DNA from: Okamejei kenojei
Lineage: Eukaryota
Assembly (NCBI GenBank): GCA_035221665.1
Contig: CM069144.1
Span: 52,886,001 to 52,950,000 of the forward strand
DNA length: 64,000 nt
Direction of reading: 5' to 3'
Shown: piece by piece, positions 49,296 to 63,203 of the stretch
How the letters are laid out: every line of letters begins with the position of its first letter
Position numbering within the stretch: the stretch's first letter is position 1
Notes under the pieces: model-generated
What the model was told of the DNA's origin: nothing
Seen by the model: only the letters and a program-made list of their open reading frames with translations
The model's database searches: none
Position numbers and translations under genes: made by a program

Positions 49296-52200
49296 ATGAT
49301 GTCTTGGGTATAATAACGGCAGAAACGCAAATCATTGAAAATAGTTACTCAAGCCTATTTCACTATGAATCTAAATTTATTTGGTGGTTGGGGATTCTCA
49401 AATTAGTGTCTGGGTTACAAACATGCAGACTACATACACAGTGTTAAACAGTATATTACTGTAAGATTGTTAAGGGCTTGGACACACTAGAGGCAGGAAA
49501 CATGTTCCCGATGTTGGGGAAGTCCAGAACCAGGGGCCACAGTTTAAGAATAAGGAGTAAGCCATTTAGAACGGAGACGAGGAAACACTTTTTCTCACAG
49601 AGAGTGGTGAGTCTGTGGAATTCTCTGCCTCAGAGGGCGGTGGAGGCAGGTTCTCTGGATGCTTTCAAGAGGGAGCTAGATAGGGCTCTTAAAAATAGTG
49701 GAGTCGGGGGATATGGGGAGAAGGCAGGAACGGGGTACTGATTGGGGATGATCAGCCATGATCACATTGAATGGCGGTGCTGGCTCAAAGGGCCAAATGG
49801 CCTACTCCTGCACCTATTGACTATTGTACTTGCTGTCAATCACCATGGAATCCTCTACATGGAAAAGAGAAAGGTACGTTTTTTAGAACATTTCTTGATC
49901 AGTTTGGCTGTATAACAATTGAAGAAACAGATGCTGGGAGTAGGTCATTTCCCCTTATGTCTGCTTTGCCATTCAATCGTATAGTGGCTGTTCTTTTACT
50001 TTAGTGCCACCTGCCTGCACCAACTAGATATTCCTTAATTCCCCCAATCTTAAAAGGAATCAAAAAGGAATAGCTGGATTTATTTAAATGCACTAAGTGA
50101 CTGAGCCTCCAAAGACCCAAAAGATTCACAATCCTCTGGATGAAGAACGCCCTTTATCTATATTCTATATTGCTCACTCCTCATTTACATATTGGAGCCA
50201 TTGTTTTTAAATGTGCCAGCCAGGGGAAATATCAACAGCCACATGAAACGTGTCGAGGCCTGTAGGATTTTGTATGTTTCAATAAGGTCAATATTTTGCT
50301 TACAAACTCGAGTTGCCTTCATCTCTTCTCGTGACAAACCCACCATTATCAGTAATCCATTTGTAAAGCATATACCTTTAGTATTAATGTGTCTGTCTGA
50401 CAAAACTGGCTACAAGGAAATAAGTGAGCGAATGGGATTGTTCTTGAGAGCCAGTGCAAATCCATTGAAAAGAGCATCCATCTTCTATGCTGTCAAGAGA
50501 TGCTGACGCAAATAGCTTACATGCATTTAATGGAATTTGGACAAATGCACAAGGGGGGAAAGTAATAGAAGGAAATGTTAATAGGGTAAGTGAAGTCAGT
50601 TGGAAATGGGCTAATGTCAGAGCTTTGACATATAACAGAGATAATACACAGAGGGCAGTGGAGGCCAATTATCTGGATGCTTTCAAGAGAGAGTTAGATA
50701 GAGCTCTTAAAGATAGCAGAGTCAGGGGATATGGGGAGAAGGCAGGGACGGGGGGGTACTGATTGCGGATGATTAGCCATGATCACAGTGAATGGCGGTG
50801 CTGGCTCGAAGGGCCGAATGGCCTGCTCCTGCATCTATTGTCTATAATGCTGTATTCTCTATGCAGTTTTTGTAGAAGACAGTAAATATCTGGTGCTTTG
50901 GGATCCCACTTCCTACCTGCTCATTTAATGTTGGAAAGCAGCAAATATGAGGAGAACCTTCAGTCTTGAACCAAGATTTGTTTTCCCCAGTATACATGTT
51001 CATTTTATGAGCAGAGGACACAAACAAAACATTTGAATGGGTTACAAACATTGCAAGTGAGCACAATTTTGAGAGTACTATTATTGTCGCCAGCAGAGGG
51101 GGCTACTGACAGAATGTTGAAACAAAAATACTTCAGGATCCACATTAATCCATCCAGCCAGCCAAGCAAAAATAGGACCAGCATTCTGCAAATCACTGTC
51201 AAGAGTTGTATCAAGTACTTTGCACAATTGACTTTCTTCATCACTTTGACATTCATATTATCAAAAGACTGAAGGATTGTATAATATTCAGGTGCTGAAT
51301 ATTTAATATATAAGGTGTTTAAAATCTTACTCCATTTTCAGAGATAAATTGGATGCTTCATATTGTTGATCTCTTCACAATTGCACTCCATTCTAAATAT
51401 TATACAGATCTGTCAGGAGACATTCAATTCCACCTGTTTCTGTGTAGTTGCCCTAGAAAATATACATTCTTCCTTTTGAAATGGCATTTACACATTTCCT
51501 TACTCTTGTTTTTTTCTGTAAATTAGGATACAGATAGTTGTCAAACCTTCTCCGACACCTCCAAAAGTATGAGCGAACAGACTGATGATACATTTATTCT
51601 CAATTTTTCTTCATTGTGCGCGTGTCTCTCGGCCTCCCTGGCACCCCCATGGCAGAGAGGACAACTACAGTTCAGCACGACTGCAAACCATGATCCTCCT
51701 TGGTCTGTTCATAAACATAACGTGAATTTAATTTTATCCCTGTCTGTAAAATGATTTGTGGAGATTAGTGAAGAAAACATTTTACATCTTTTTGTAATTT
51801 ATGCCAAGGTATTTGGAGGAAAACTGTAGAGAGGATGGGGGGAGATACAGATACCTGACTACAAGCGCAGTCTAGATTACGTATTTGGATGTGGCTCTTT
51901 TGAAAGTCAGACCATGCTTTGATTTGTGTAGGAGGAAACTCCCAATGCTGGTTTACACCAAAGATAGACAAAAAGAATGTGCCTGCATTACGCCAACATT
52001 TTGTGTCTATACTGTGGTTTGATTTGCTGGCTGGCTTACTGTCCACCGCAATGTAGATTTTGGGCAGTTTTCCAAGCCAGTTTCACATTGCAGCTTTCTC
52101 CAGAGCTAGTGCTAATACTCCTCTTTTGTATTCCCTGAAACTCACTCCAATTCATCCCAGGATGGCTTGATTATCAACGCACGGGAAGTAAGGAGTAGTC

Positions 52201-52311
52201 AGGAGTGGATCTAGATCTTGGCATGCCCAACTCGACTCTTCACTCTCGGTTCCTCGCTTTGTACCTGTTGTAGTATCTCGTATGTATAAAATGGGTCCAA
52301 TGTTTACCAAT

Positions 52312-52535
52312 AGACACAAAAAGCTGGGGTAACTCAGCGGGACAGGCAGCATCTCTGGATAGAAGGAATAGATGACGTTTTGGGTCGAGACCCTTCCTCA
52401 GACTCTGAAGAAAGGTCTCGACCTGAAACTTCACCCATTTCTTCTCTGTAGAGATGCTGCCTGTCCCGCTGAGTTACACCAGCTTTTTGTGTCTATCTTT
52501 GGTTTGAACCAGCATCTGCAGTTCCTTCTTACACG
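52312..52535. mobile_element. Palindromic PLE-derived insertion with two back-to-back hammerhead motifs
   Basis: Arms ~52311-52402 and ~52403-52495; TSD AATGTTT(A/T)CCAAT 52299-52311 and 52536-52548. Confidence 0.85.
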
Positions 52536-53575
52536 AATGTTTTCCAATGGTGGATTGAAGGAAGTTAGGGATATGCACAACTATGTTGAAAGAATTCGGA
52601 GAAGGGAGAGATTTGGGAGATTACATGGCTGGAGGAAGATGCAAAGATGGAGGAAAAAGTCCATAGAAGGACCTGTGAGCAATGCAAAAAATTCAAATAA
52701 TAAGATAAATTGGTTTTATTGCTCAATAGCCTTGTTGCTCACAAATATCTGGGAGTATTCGGGCAAATCCAACCCACCTAAAGGCCTTGAAGCCTTAATG
52801 AGCTCATGCAATAATGTAAATGGCAATGAACATCTTAGCTAGTCGCTGAGTAGCCATTCCTTGTTCAGGTTTCAGTTCCGCTACCATCTTATGCTAAGTA
52901 CATACTAAACAGATTTTAACTTTGGATCTCAGTTAGACCACTTGAATTAAGGGTCTTTAGTATTTAGATTAACTGATAGAAGTAATTTATTTTCTCGAAT
53001 CTACTAATTGTTCTAAACCTTTTCTTGCAACATAAATATTAGATGGACGATAAGGGTTGCATTCATCCAGCTTCCATGGTGCAAGAAATATCTAAATCAA
53101 TCTTTGAGTCATACAGCATGGAAACGGGCCCTTTGTCCCAACTCATCCATGCTGACAAAGATGCCCCATCTAAGCTAGTCCTATTTGCCCACCTCTAAAA
53201 CTTTCCTATCGATGTACCCGTCGAAGTGTCTTTTAAATGCTGTTATTGTACCTGCCTCCCCTGGCAGCACAGTCCAGATACTCATCAGCATCCAAATGAA
53301 ATAGTTGCCCCTCAGATACCTATTAAATCTTTCCCCTCTTACCTTAAAGCTATGTCCTTTGGTTCTTGATTCCCCTATCCTGGGTAAAATAACCTGTGTA
53401 TTCAGCTCCCTTCACGCCAATAACTTTTTTTTCCCAATTCCTGACTTCTTTGAATGGATTAAGTGGCTTGGTTGTGCCAAAAGTATACAGCAGGCTAAAT
53501 TAGAGGAGTGAAATGTGTTTCAATATTAAAACCATATGTTTTATCGTAAAACAGATTGTTCTGCTTTCTCTGCAG

Positions 53576-53788
53576 ATATGCAATTCTGATGAACTCTGGG
53601 AACATATTGTTTTGAGATATTGTGATACCATAACCTCTGAGATGCAAGCATTGGCTTTCGATGTTGGTTGGAAGGAGATCTTCTTCACCAACAAACTTCA
53701 GCTGCAGAAAAAAATCCACCGAAGACGGCAAAAAGTTGAGGATGATGCCACTGACGTACCAGATCAAGACCATGCGTTGCAGACTTAA
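53576..53788 (+). CDS. FBXO36: FBXO36 coding exon 4 to stop (ICNSDELWEHIVLRYCDTITSEMQALAFDVGWKEIFFTNKLQLQKKIHRRRQK...)
   Basis: Pyrimidine tract plus TGCAG| acceptor; conserved CDTIT and GW..FFTNKLQLQ motifs; TAA ends 53788; spliced CDS 96+109+173+213=591 nt. Confidence 0.95.
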   Translation: MCNSDELWEHIVLRYCDTITSEMQALAFDVGWKEIFFTNKLQLQKKIHRRRQKVEDDATDVPDQDHALQT

Positions 53789-54760
53789 AACTACAAACAA
53801 AGTTGGTGCATACACTAGGAAATAGTTTGTTGCATTGTCATTTATGTTTCCATTTAACCTGCTCAAATAGTACACAGAGTGCCTTAATGCTTCATCCTAT
53901 GGCCACAATTACTTAGTAAACCATTCTGTACTTATTACATATTGTTGCTTTTATTAAAGAAAGTTTAATATGAGCCTAATCCATGAAATGGCCAGCAGAA
54001 TGTATACCACTTGCCAATGTGGGTAAGATAAAAGCAGAGATATCTATCACTCATGCCTGAAGTAAGAATTAATCCCTTTTCACGGAGACCTAGCTTGTAG
54101 TCTAGTTCAAATTATGTTTTACCCTGAGGAAAATAAAAAGAAGTCCACAATGAGACCAACCACAGAAATGTTTAAAATAAAACTCTCTAAAACTTGATCC
54201 CATTAGTTTCCCCATCCAACCCTCCACTGTCCTAAGAATTTCTGCTCCAAAGTTGTGATCAGAGCTCTTTTGCCCAGCCTCCATCAATTATTTATCACCT
54301 TTCTCCATTCTCCATTGGTCTGTCCATTTTTCTAATCTGTGGTTCTTTAGCCCCTAGATCTCCAACCCATTCAGTGCCATGGTTTATTGCCAAATGCTGA
54401 TATATATTTTTTAATTATGCCTCTGTCCCCACCCTACGATAAACTCCGTCCATCCAACATTCATCACCACAACTGGTAAGGCCACCTTTCTGTAGGAGTT
54501 GTGCCTTGGGTTACTCAGACATGTCCATTCAGACTCCATGTGCCCAGTGAGGTATTGGAGGGTAACTGATTTTTGGCACTCGGGCTCAGGGCACTGAGCT
54601 ACTGCAAATATTTAATTTACAAAATGTTATTTTGATATTTCCACCTAGATAAAATTTGCTGTTGTACTTCTCAATAACATGCATACATCTAGTATATTGT
54701 GCAATTTTAACTCCCTTTTAGTTTTGTAAATCTGAAATAAAAGCTTTTTTTTCACCTATT
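53789..54760 (+). terminator. FBXO36 3' UTR with candidate polyadenylation signals
   Basis: ATTAAA 53953, AATAAA 54132 and 54736 (the last followed by a T-rich stretch); the site used cannot be determined from DNA. Confidence 0.45.
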
Positions 54761-55309
54761 ATGCACTTGCTCTGGCATGCCAATTGTGACATTGTAGTGC
54801 ATATTAGGAGATTGGAGATATTTTATATTTTATTAAATCATAATTGCACATCCACTATTCCATCCAGTGAAACTAGATGAATGATTAGAAGCAACTTCAC
54901 TTTTGTGAGATGTAAATAGTTACTGCTTAATAAACGTTCTAATTTACCTTAGTAAAATGTGGCTTTGGAACATTTTATTGTGTTTATTCTTAAGTAATTG
55001 TCCTGGTGTTGAGCTTTGTTTGTAGTCTCTCCGTTAATCTCGAAATACCACTATTACCAGTTCAAATAAGCTACTATCATACATTATATATCTCAAGTAA
55101 GTAATGTGCACTGGATTAATGAATAGGTCTTGCAGGCAAACCTAAAACTTGTATGTCCTTTCTCAGTTCGAAGTTGGGTGATGAGATTAGTTTATTGCCA
55201 TAAGCACCAGGGTTCAGAATTAAATGACGTTCTTTTAGGAAGAAGATGAGGATAAATTTATTTAGCCAGAGGATGGTGAATCTGTGGAATTCTGCAACTG
55301 AGTTTTTGG

Positions 55310-58300
55310 CCTGCCGCTTATTTTTAAACTGTGACCCCTGGTTCTGTATTCCCCCAACTTGGGGAACATTTTTTCTGCATCTACCCTGTCCAATTCCCTA
55401 AGAATTTGATATGTCTCTAAAAGATTCCCTCTCATCCTTCTAAATATAAGCCCAGATGATCCATTCTTTCATCATGTGACAGTCCCACCATCCCGGGAAT
55501 TAATCTGGTGAACCAATGCTGCACTCCCTCAATAGCAAGAATGAACTTCCTCAAATTAGCAGACCAAAACTCCACACAATACTCCAGGTGTGGTCTCACC
55601 AGGGCCCCGTACAACTGCAGTAGGACCTCCTTACTCCTATACTCAAATCCTCTTACTATGAAGGCCATTTGTTTTCTTCACTGCCTGCTGTACCTGCATG
55701 CTTACTTTTCGTGACTGATGTATAAGGACACCCAGGTCTCATTGCACCTGCCCTTTTCTTAATCTGACATCATTCAGATAATAATCTGCCTTCTTGTCCT
55801 TGCCACCAAAGTGGATAACCTCACATTTATCCACATTATGCTGCATCTGCCATGCATCTGCCCACTCACCGAACCTATCCAAGTCACGCTGCAACCTCAG
55901 CATCCTCCTCGCAGCTCACACAGCCATCCAGTTTTGTGTCATCTGCAAACTTGAAGATATTACATTTCATTCCTTTGTCTAAATCATTAATATATATTGT
56001 AAATAACTGGAATGCTAGCACTGAGCCTTACGGCACCTCACTAGTCACTGCCTGCTATTCTGAAAAGGACCTGTTAATTCCTACTCTTAGCTTCCTGTCT
56101 GCCAACCAATGCCAAGTGCTCTAATTCTGCACACTAATCTCGTGTATGGGACCTTGTCAAATGCTTTTAGAAAGTCCAGTTACACCACATTCACTGGCTG
56201 TCCCTTATCCATTCTACTTGTTACATCCTCAAAAAATTCCAGATTAGTCAAGCATGAATCATAAATCCATGCTGACTTTGACCGATCATGTCACTGCTTT
56301 CCAAATGCACTGCTATTACATCTTTACTAATGGACTCGAGCATCTTCCCCACTACTGATGTCAGGCTAACTGGTCTATAATTCCAAGTTTTCTCTCTCCC
56401 TACTTTCTTAAAAAAGTGGGGTTACATTGGCTATCCTCCAGTCCACAGGAACTGATCCGGAGTCTATAGAACTTTGGAAAATGATCATCCCCGATTTCTA
56501 GGGCCACCCCCTCGAGTACTCTGGGATGCAGACCACCAGGCCCTGGGGATTTATCTGCCTTCAGTCCCAACAGTTTACCTCAAAAAGTCAAAAGAGTTTA
56601 TTGTCATGTGTCCCTGACAGGACAATGAAATTATTTCTTTGCTTAGCACAACAGAACATAGTAGGCATTGACTACAAAACAGATCAGTGTGTCCATATAC
56701 CATTATATATGTAAATACACACATGAATGAATAAATCGATAAAGTGCAAATAACAGATAAAGGGTTATTAATGTTCAGAGTTTTGTCCGAGCCAAGTTTA
56801 AAACCTTGATGGCTGTGGGGAACTAGCTATTCCTGAACCTGGTCGTTGCAGTCCTCAGGCTCCTGTACCATCTACCTGAAGGTAGCAGGGCGATGAGTGT
56901 GTGGCCCAGGATGGTGTGGGTCCTTGATGATGCTGCCAGCCTTTTTGAGGCAGCGACTGTGATAGATCCCCTCGATGGAAGGAAGGTCAGAGCCGATGAT
57001 GGACTGGGCAGTGTTTACTACTTTTTGTAGCCTTTTTCACTCCAGGGCGCTCAAGTTGCCGAACCAAGCCACGATGCAACTGGTCAGCAAGCTCTCTACT
57101 GTGCACCTGTAGAAGTTAGAGAGAGTACTCCTTGACAGACCAACTCTCCGTAATCTTCTCAGGAAGTAGAGGTGCTGATGAGCTTTCTTAATAATTGCAT
57201 CTGTGTTCTCGGACCAGGAAAGATCTTCAGATATGTGCACGCCCAGGAATTTGAAGCTCTTGACCCTTTCAACCATCGACCCATTGATTTAAACAGGACT
57301 GTGGGTCCCCATCCTACTCCTTCCAAAGTCCACAATCAGTTCCTTGGTTTTGCTGGTGTTGAGGGCCAGGTTATTGTGCTGGCACCATATGGACAGTCGC
57401 TCAATCTCTCTTCAGTACTCCGACTCATCCCCATCAGTGATACATCCCACAACAGTGGTGTTGTCAGCGAACTTGATGATGGAGTTTGCCCTATGACCGG
57501 CTACGCAGTCATGAGTATAGAGTGAGTACAGCAGGGGGCTGAGCATGCAGCCTTGAGGTGCTCCCGTGCTGATTGTTATCGAGTCTGACACATTACCACC
57601 AATACGAACAGTGGTCTGGGAATGAGGAAGTCGAGGATCCAATTGCAGAGGGATGCGCAGAGACCCAGTTCTGTGAGTTTGGTAGCCAGCTTAGAGGGGA
57701 TGATTGTGTTAAATGCCAAGCTGTAATTGATGAATAACAGCCTGACATATGAGTTTTTGTTGTCCAAGTGGTCCAGAGCGGAGTGGAGGGCCAGCGAGAT
57801 CGCATCCACCGTTGATCTGTTGTGGTGGTAAGCGAACTGCAGTGGGTTATTTTCCACCCCACTCACTTTGGGGTTTTTGTGTGGGGGGGGGGGGCCCCCC
57901 CCCCCCGATGTAGGAGTTGATTTGCGCATGATCAACCTCTCAAAGCACTTCATCACCACAGGCGTTAGTGCCACTGGTCGATAGTCATTGAGGCATGCCA
58001 CCTTGCTCTTCTTGGGCACCGGTATAATTGATGCCCTTTTAAAGCAGGTGGGGACCTCAGACCTCAGAAGTGAGAGAGGTTGAAAATGTCCGTAAAAACT
58101 CCAGCCAGTTGGTCCGCACAGGTTTTTAGGACACGACCAGGTATGCCATCAGGTCCAGACGCTTTTCGAGGGTTCACCCCTCTGAAGGATTTCCTGACGT
58201 CGGCCTCTGTGACTGAGACTGAAATTCATCACAGCGAATGGGGAGGCTCGGGGCTGGCTCTCGGGAAGGCACATCGGTGTTCTCCCTTTCAAAGCGTGTG

Positions 58301-60570
58301 TAAAACGCATCAAGCTCGTCAGGGAGTGATGTATCGCAATCATTTGAGCTGCCTCCTGGTTTCGCCTTGTAGGAGGTGATTGCATTCAGGCCCCGCCACA
58401 GCTGCCGAACATCTCATCCTCCAGCTTGTAGCAGAAGTCCTTTTTGGCCATTTTGATGGCCTTACCAAGGTCGTATCTGGACTTCTTGTAGACCACTGTA
58501 TCATCAGACATGAATGCCCGGTGTCTGGTCTTCAGAAGAGTGCAGATCTCACAGTTCATCCAAGGTTTCTGATTGGGAAACACTCGGAAGGTTTTTGTCG
58601 GGATGCAGTCCTCCACACATTTCTTTATGAAGTCTGAAACGACTGTGGCATATTTGTTCAAGTCTGTTGCCGAGTCCTTGAGCATTGCCCAGTCTACAGA
58701 CTCCAAACAGTCCTTGTAGTTGTTCCTCTGCCCCCCCCCCCCCCCCCCCCCCCCCCGACCAGCTCTGTACTGTCCTCACCTCTGGGGGTGCGCTCTTTAA
58801 TTGCTGCCTGTAGGCAGGAAGAAGCAGCACCGCGATATGGTCGGATTTACCAAAGAGAGGGCGAGGGATAGAGCGGTAGGCATTCTTGATGGTGGTGTAG
58901 CAGTGGTTCGAGGGTGTTTGGTCGTTTTCTGGTGCAGCAGGAGACATGTTGGTGGAAGTTGGGGAGTGATTTCTTGAGGTTTTCCTTATTGAAGTCCCCA
59001 GCAATGGTGGTAAAAGCCTCGGGGTAAGACGTCTGGTGTTTGTTGACCACGGCGTGCAGCTCCTCCAGTGCCAGACGGACGTCTGCCTGGGGTGGGATGT
59101 AGACCGCGGTCAGGATGATGGAGGTGAATTCTCTCGGAAGGTAGAAAGGACGGCACTTCACCGCCAGATGTTCGAGGTGTGGAGAGCAGGAGTTGGACAG
59201 GACTGCCACATCTGAGCACCACACAGAGTTGACCATGTGGCAGACACCCCCTCCTCTCCCTTTCCCCGATGCCAGTGTACGGTGGATGGAGAACCCTTCA
59301 GGCTGGACCGCTGAGTCTGGGGAGCAGGGGGTGAGCCATGTCTCTGTGAAACAGAACACAGTGCATTCCCTCAGCTCCCTTTGATAAAGCAACCTTGCCC
59401 TTAAGTCTTCCACTTTATTTTCAAGGGACTGTACATTTGCCAGTGGGATAGTAGGGAGAGGGGGCCGAAGTCCCCTGTGCTTCAGTCTGACCTGAAGTCC
59501 TGCCCGCCGGCCACGTTTCCGGACACAATGGAGGCTTCCCCTTTGTTTCCAGGTACTGTACCTGCTGTTTCTGCGGACTGGCGCTGGAACGGGAAAATTC
59601 CCTCACAGACGGCAGCTCCAGCTCCGTAACGAACGGGGGTTCCCTCAGAGTCAGCAACTCCAGCTTAATTGTTTCTGGGAGATCCAGCTCGTCGGCTCTG
59701 GAGATCATCCTGGGGTCTCCAGGTGCCGTACCTGGGTTCCTCAGTCGTGTCGGGAGTTTCCCAGCCAGCGTGGGAAAGTTTAAAGTCCAGGGCTCCCGCA
59801 GCTGTGGGAGATCGCAAAATTGCCAGCGCTTTCAGCTCCATTTCCTGCCAATTTCCTGATCCAGGTAAGTTGTTGGAAGTTGTAGTTGAGCCTTTTATGT
59901 TCCGGAGCTCCGCAAAAGTCGCCGCAGGCGTCTTGAGAGAATGCTGTATTGCACTTGTTACCTAACACCATTTCCTGACTAATGTGGATTTCCTTCAGTT
60001 CATCCCTCCCGATAGATCCTCAATCCCCTAGTATTTAATGGAGATTGTTTGTATCTTCTTTAGATACAGAAGACAGAACCATGTACTTGTTTAACTGGTC
60101 TGCTATTTATTTGTTTCCCATTATAAATTCACCCGTTTTTGACTGCAAGGGCCCTACATTTGTCTTTACTAAATCTTTTTCTTTCACATATGTATAGAAA
60201 CTTTGACAGTCAGTTTTAATATTCACTTTCTTTCATGCTCCAGTTTCCCCGTCTTAATTAACTTATTTGTCCTCCTGTGTTGAGTTCTAAATTTCTCCCA
60301 GTCCCCTGGTTTGCTGCTTCAATTTATATGCCTCTTCCTTGGATTTAACACTATCCTTGATTTCCCTCATTCGCCACGGTTGAGCTGCCTTCCCTGTTTT
60401 TATTTTTATACGCGATCTTTAAATCTTTGCCATTTCATATCCACCGTTAACCCTTTAAATATCATTTGCCAGTCTATCCCGTCTCATACCATCAAAGTTA
60501 CCTTTCTTTATGTTCAGGACTCTCGTCTCTGAATTAGCTGTGTCACACCCTATCTTAATGCAGAATTCAA
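55310..60570 (-). mobile_element. CR1 LINE (55310-56580 and 59958-60570), split by a Rex1-like element
   Basis: RGFEYRSKEVLLQLYGALVRPHLEYC; CR1 sequence continuous across TSD TTACCT. Confidence 0.85.
56581..59957 (-). mobile_element. Near full-length Rex1/Babar-like LINE (APE endonuclease plus RT), frameshifted
   Basis: APE CFTETWL, AVYIPP, IAGDFN, GKSDH; [34 protein letters not shown]; TSD TTACCT 56575-56580 and 59958-59963. Confidence 0.92.
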
Positions 60571-60734
60571 CCATATTTCAGTCACTGTTGCCCAAGGGGA
60601 TTTGCACAACAAGATTGCTAAATACATTGTTGTATATACATAAAACAATGATAAATGTACCAATAAATATAACAGCGAGTGCAATACAGTAGAATGGTAC
60701 AAAATTATCATGTAAAATCCAAGTAGTGGGGTGG

Positions 60735-61680
60735 AAAATTGGATAAGTAAGTATGCAGATGATACTAAGATAGGTGGTGTTGTGGATAATGAAGTAGATT
60801 TTCAAAAGTCTACAGAGAATTTGGGCCATTTGGAAAAGTGGGCTGAAAGATGGCAGATGGAGTTTAATGCTGATAAGTGTGAAGTGCTACATCTTGGCAG
60901 GACAAATCATAATAGGACTACATGGTAAATGGTAGGGAATTGAGGAATGCTGTGGAACAGAGGGATCTAGGAATAACTGTGCATAGTTCCCTGAAGGTGG
61001 GAATCGCATGTAGATGGGGTGTAAAGAAAGCCTTTGGTGTGCTGGCCTTTATAAATCAGAGCATTGAATATAGGAGTAGGGAAGTAATGTTAAAATTGTA
61101 CAAGGCATTGGTAAGACCAATTCTGGAGTATGGTGTACAATTTTGGTCGCCTAGTTATAGGAAGGATGTCAACAAAATAGAGAGAGTACAGAGGAGATTT
61201 ACTAGAATGTTGCCAGGGTTCCAGCAACTATGTTACAGAGAAAGGTGAACAAGTTAGGTCTTTATTCTTTGGAGCGCAGAAGGTTAAGGGGGGACTTGAT
61301 TGAGGTCTTTAAAATGATGAAAGGGATAGACAGAGTTGACGTGGATACGTTTTGCCCATTGAGGGTAGGGAAGATTCAAACAAGAGGGCATGACATGAGA
61401 ATTAAGGGACAGAGGTTTCGGGTGGTAACGTGAGGGGGAACATCTTTACTCAGAGGGTGGTGGCTGTGTGGAATGAGCTTCCAGCAGAAGTGGTGGAGGC
61501 AGGATCGATTTTAACATTTAAGAGTAAAGTGGATAGGTATATGGACGTGAAGGGAATGGAGGGGTATGGTCTGAGTGCAGGTAGATGGGACTAGGGGAAA
61601 ACAAATGGTCGGCACGGACTGGAAGGGCCGAGAGGGCCTGTTTCCGTGCTGTAATTGTTATATGGTTATATGGTTATATA
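60735..61680 (+). mobile_element. CR1 LINE 3' portion with (TATATGGT)n tail
   Basis: ISKYADDTKIGG, WQMEFNADKCEV, LVRPILEYGVQFWSP, SLERRRLRGDLIEVFK. Confidence 0.92.
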
Positions 61681-61759
61681 GTGCAAAAGAATATGAAAGT
61701 ACAAATCGCATAACTGAAATGCGCTAGAGTAAAGGGTATGACTACATGGCCACACCTCT

Positions 61760-62770
61760 GGTAATTGGATGTGAACGAGGTGATTGATTCAGGAATTGGA
61801 TAGCAGTAGGGAAAAAATCATTCATAAGTCTGGGCCCTTGTTTTCAAGCTCCTATATTTTCTCCCAGAAGATAGAAGAGAGAAAAAGGAATGGCTAGGAT
61901 GGCAAGCATCCTCGATATTTCCAGCCTTTCCGATGCTATGCACCATAAAGAGGGACTGAATGGAAGTGACAAGCCTGTGATTGACTGACCGGTTGGTATT
62001 CCTCATTCTCTGCAAGTTCAGATGGTCAAGAGCAGGGCAGTTGCCCTACCAGCTGTGATGCATCCTATCAAGTATCCTTTATAAATTTAAATTTGCAGAG
62101 GTTTGAGGAAATCCTTGAGATTTGCTTAGTATTTGATGACTGCTTCAGTGAAGGGAACAGATTAGCTGCTAGCGATATGGATGCCTGGGAACTTTATTCT
62201 GTTTCTCCAACAGTGCTGTTGATGAGGATGGGCCACCATCTTGAGTACTCTGGGATGCAGAATCAGGCCCATGGGATGTATCTGCCTTCAGTCCCAACAG
62301 TTCACCTAACACCATGTTAGATAAGCTGTTGGGACTGAAGGTAGATAAATGCCCACCACGCAATAGTCGACTCACTTGTTTAATTAGGTTAACAACAAAC
62401 AATTTTGTTTTTGTTGATGTTAAAGGCTAGGCTAGACACCATGACACTGTTGTTGCTCTCTTTCCTGAGTATTGTCTCATTGCTACCGTTGATTCGGCTG
62501 ACAACAGTGGCATCATCGGCAAGCTCAAACGGTTTGGCATTGTACTTTGCCACATAGTCATGGGTATGCAGGGAGTGGAGCACACAATGCCGAGGGACAT
62601 GGTGGAGGAAATATTATGACCAGTTCTGACTGTCAGTCAAGAAGTCCAGAAGCCAGTTGCAGATGGAGACCCTAAATTAAAGGTCCAAAAATTTAGGAAT
62701 TAGCTTATTTGGTATTACGGTGTTGAAGACTCAGCTGCAGTCATTGAAATACAAGGTGTAGCTCAAGGAT
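61760..62770 (-). mobile_element. Old Rex1-like LINE fragments
   Basis: HPSHSFFSLLSSGRKYRSLKTR; HTHDYVAK..ADDATVVSRI. Confidence 0.7.
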
Positions 62771-62971
62771 CTGTCCATGCTGCTTTTCAATAAAAATAAA
62801 TTTTAATATAATAATATATTAAAACTTCAATATACATATGTGTTTGGCTACACAAATGTGTAGGAAGTGGTGGGAATCAAAAGAGAAACTATTAAGGAAG
62901 AGAGCAAGTTCTGCAGGCACAGGGGGGAGTGTTGGTCGAGGAGAACCGGGTGGATTTGGAGAAAAGCCTAA

Positions 62972-63203
62972 AGGGCCTGTCCACTTGGCGATTTTTTTCG
63001 GCGACTGCCGCATCATTGATTGACGTATCAGGTGACCGAACAATTGACTGATGCGCCGTGATGCGGCGTGATGATGTATGACGCGCGGTGTATTTTCAAG
63101 TGTGACAATGTTTTTTTTGTCGCCGCTGGATTTTGAAATGTTCAAGATACAAATCTTTAAATGTTCAAAGACGCAGAAAAAATAGCCAAGTGGGACAGGC
63201 CCT
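62972..63203. mobile_element. PIF/Harbinger (Tourist-like) MITE
   Basis: TIR AGGGCCTGTCC(C)ACTTGGC at both ends; TAA TSD 62969-62971 and 63204-63206. Confidence 0.85.

Noticed and set aside
48404-49335. Long overlapping ORFs with repeated peptides
   Set aside because: By-product of a stop-free 33-bp GC-rich VNTR.
53513-53575. N-terminal part of ORF 53513-53788
   Set aside because: Intronic; the coding exon begins at the acceptor at 53576.
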